A stretch of 63,916 nucleotides of DNA, filler included, from Octopus bimaculoides (Eukaryota): NCBI RefSeq assembly GCF_001194135.2. It is 6 parts of 5 records of this genome, joined end to end, with 100 filler letters (N's around TTAATTAATTAA, not from the genome) between each part and the next. Parts side by side here need not be neighbours in the genome. Positions count along the whole stretch, not along the records: positions 62,462 to 63,916 come from NC_068985.1; 5 more parts are not named here. One strand, given 5' to 3'. The notes beneath the pieces are model-generated. The model had not been told where the DNA came from. It did no database searches and saw nothing but the letters and a program-made list of their open reading frames with translations. Shown piece after piece: positions 63,856-63,916 of this stretch (positions within the stretch are counted from its first letter, which is position 1; each line of letters starts with the position of its first letter). The position numbers and the translations under genes are program-made.

Positions 63856-63916
63856 GTGTGAGTGTGTGTGTGTGTATGATACCACAGCAGGCGAAATGCC
63901 TAGCGATATTTCGTCT

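Overview
AT-rich, microsatellite-saturated, gappy animal genomic DNA. The SINE families, microsatellite spectrum and TE mix suggest a cephalopod, probably Octopus (inference, not database-checked). No complete gene, rRNA, true tRNA or CRISPR array is supportable. Three tRNA-derived SINE families occur in many copies (working labels A, B, C), plus two unclassified interspersed repeats (D, E). Non-LTR retrotransposon fragments include R4/Dong-like pieces (four of six at TAA-repeat junctions), Tx1/L1-like, RTE-like, HERO-like and a Penelope-like GIY-YIG relic. DNA elements include two Tc1/mariner relics, pogo/Tigger-like ends and several fold-back elements. One GC-rich ORF (59872-60288, minus strand, cut by a gap) is the best host-exon candidate. 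The most interesting signal is a set of minimal type I hammerhead-ribozyme motifs with a shared layout: helix I, core, helix II, GAAA, a 6-nt (near-)palindromic helix III, helix I'. One (58779-58829) has a compensatory G3:C8 core (GUGAACA) and sits in the loop of a 61-bp inverted repeat that recurs in the window. All folds and translations were read by eye.
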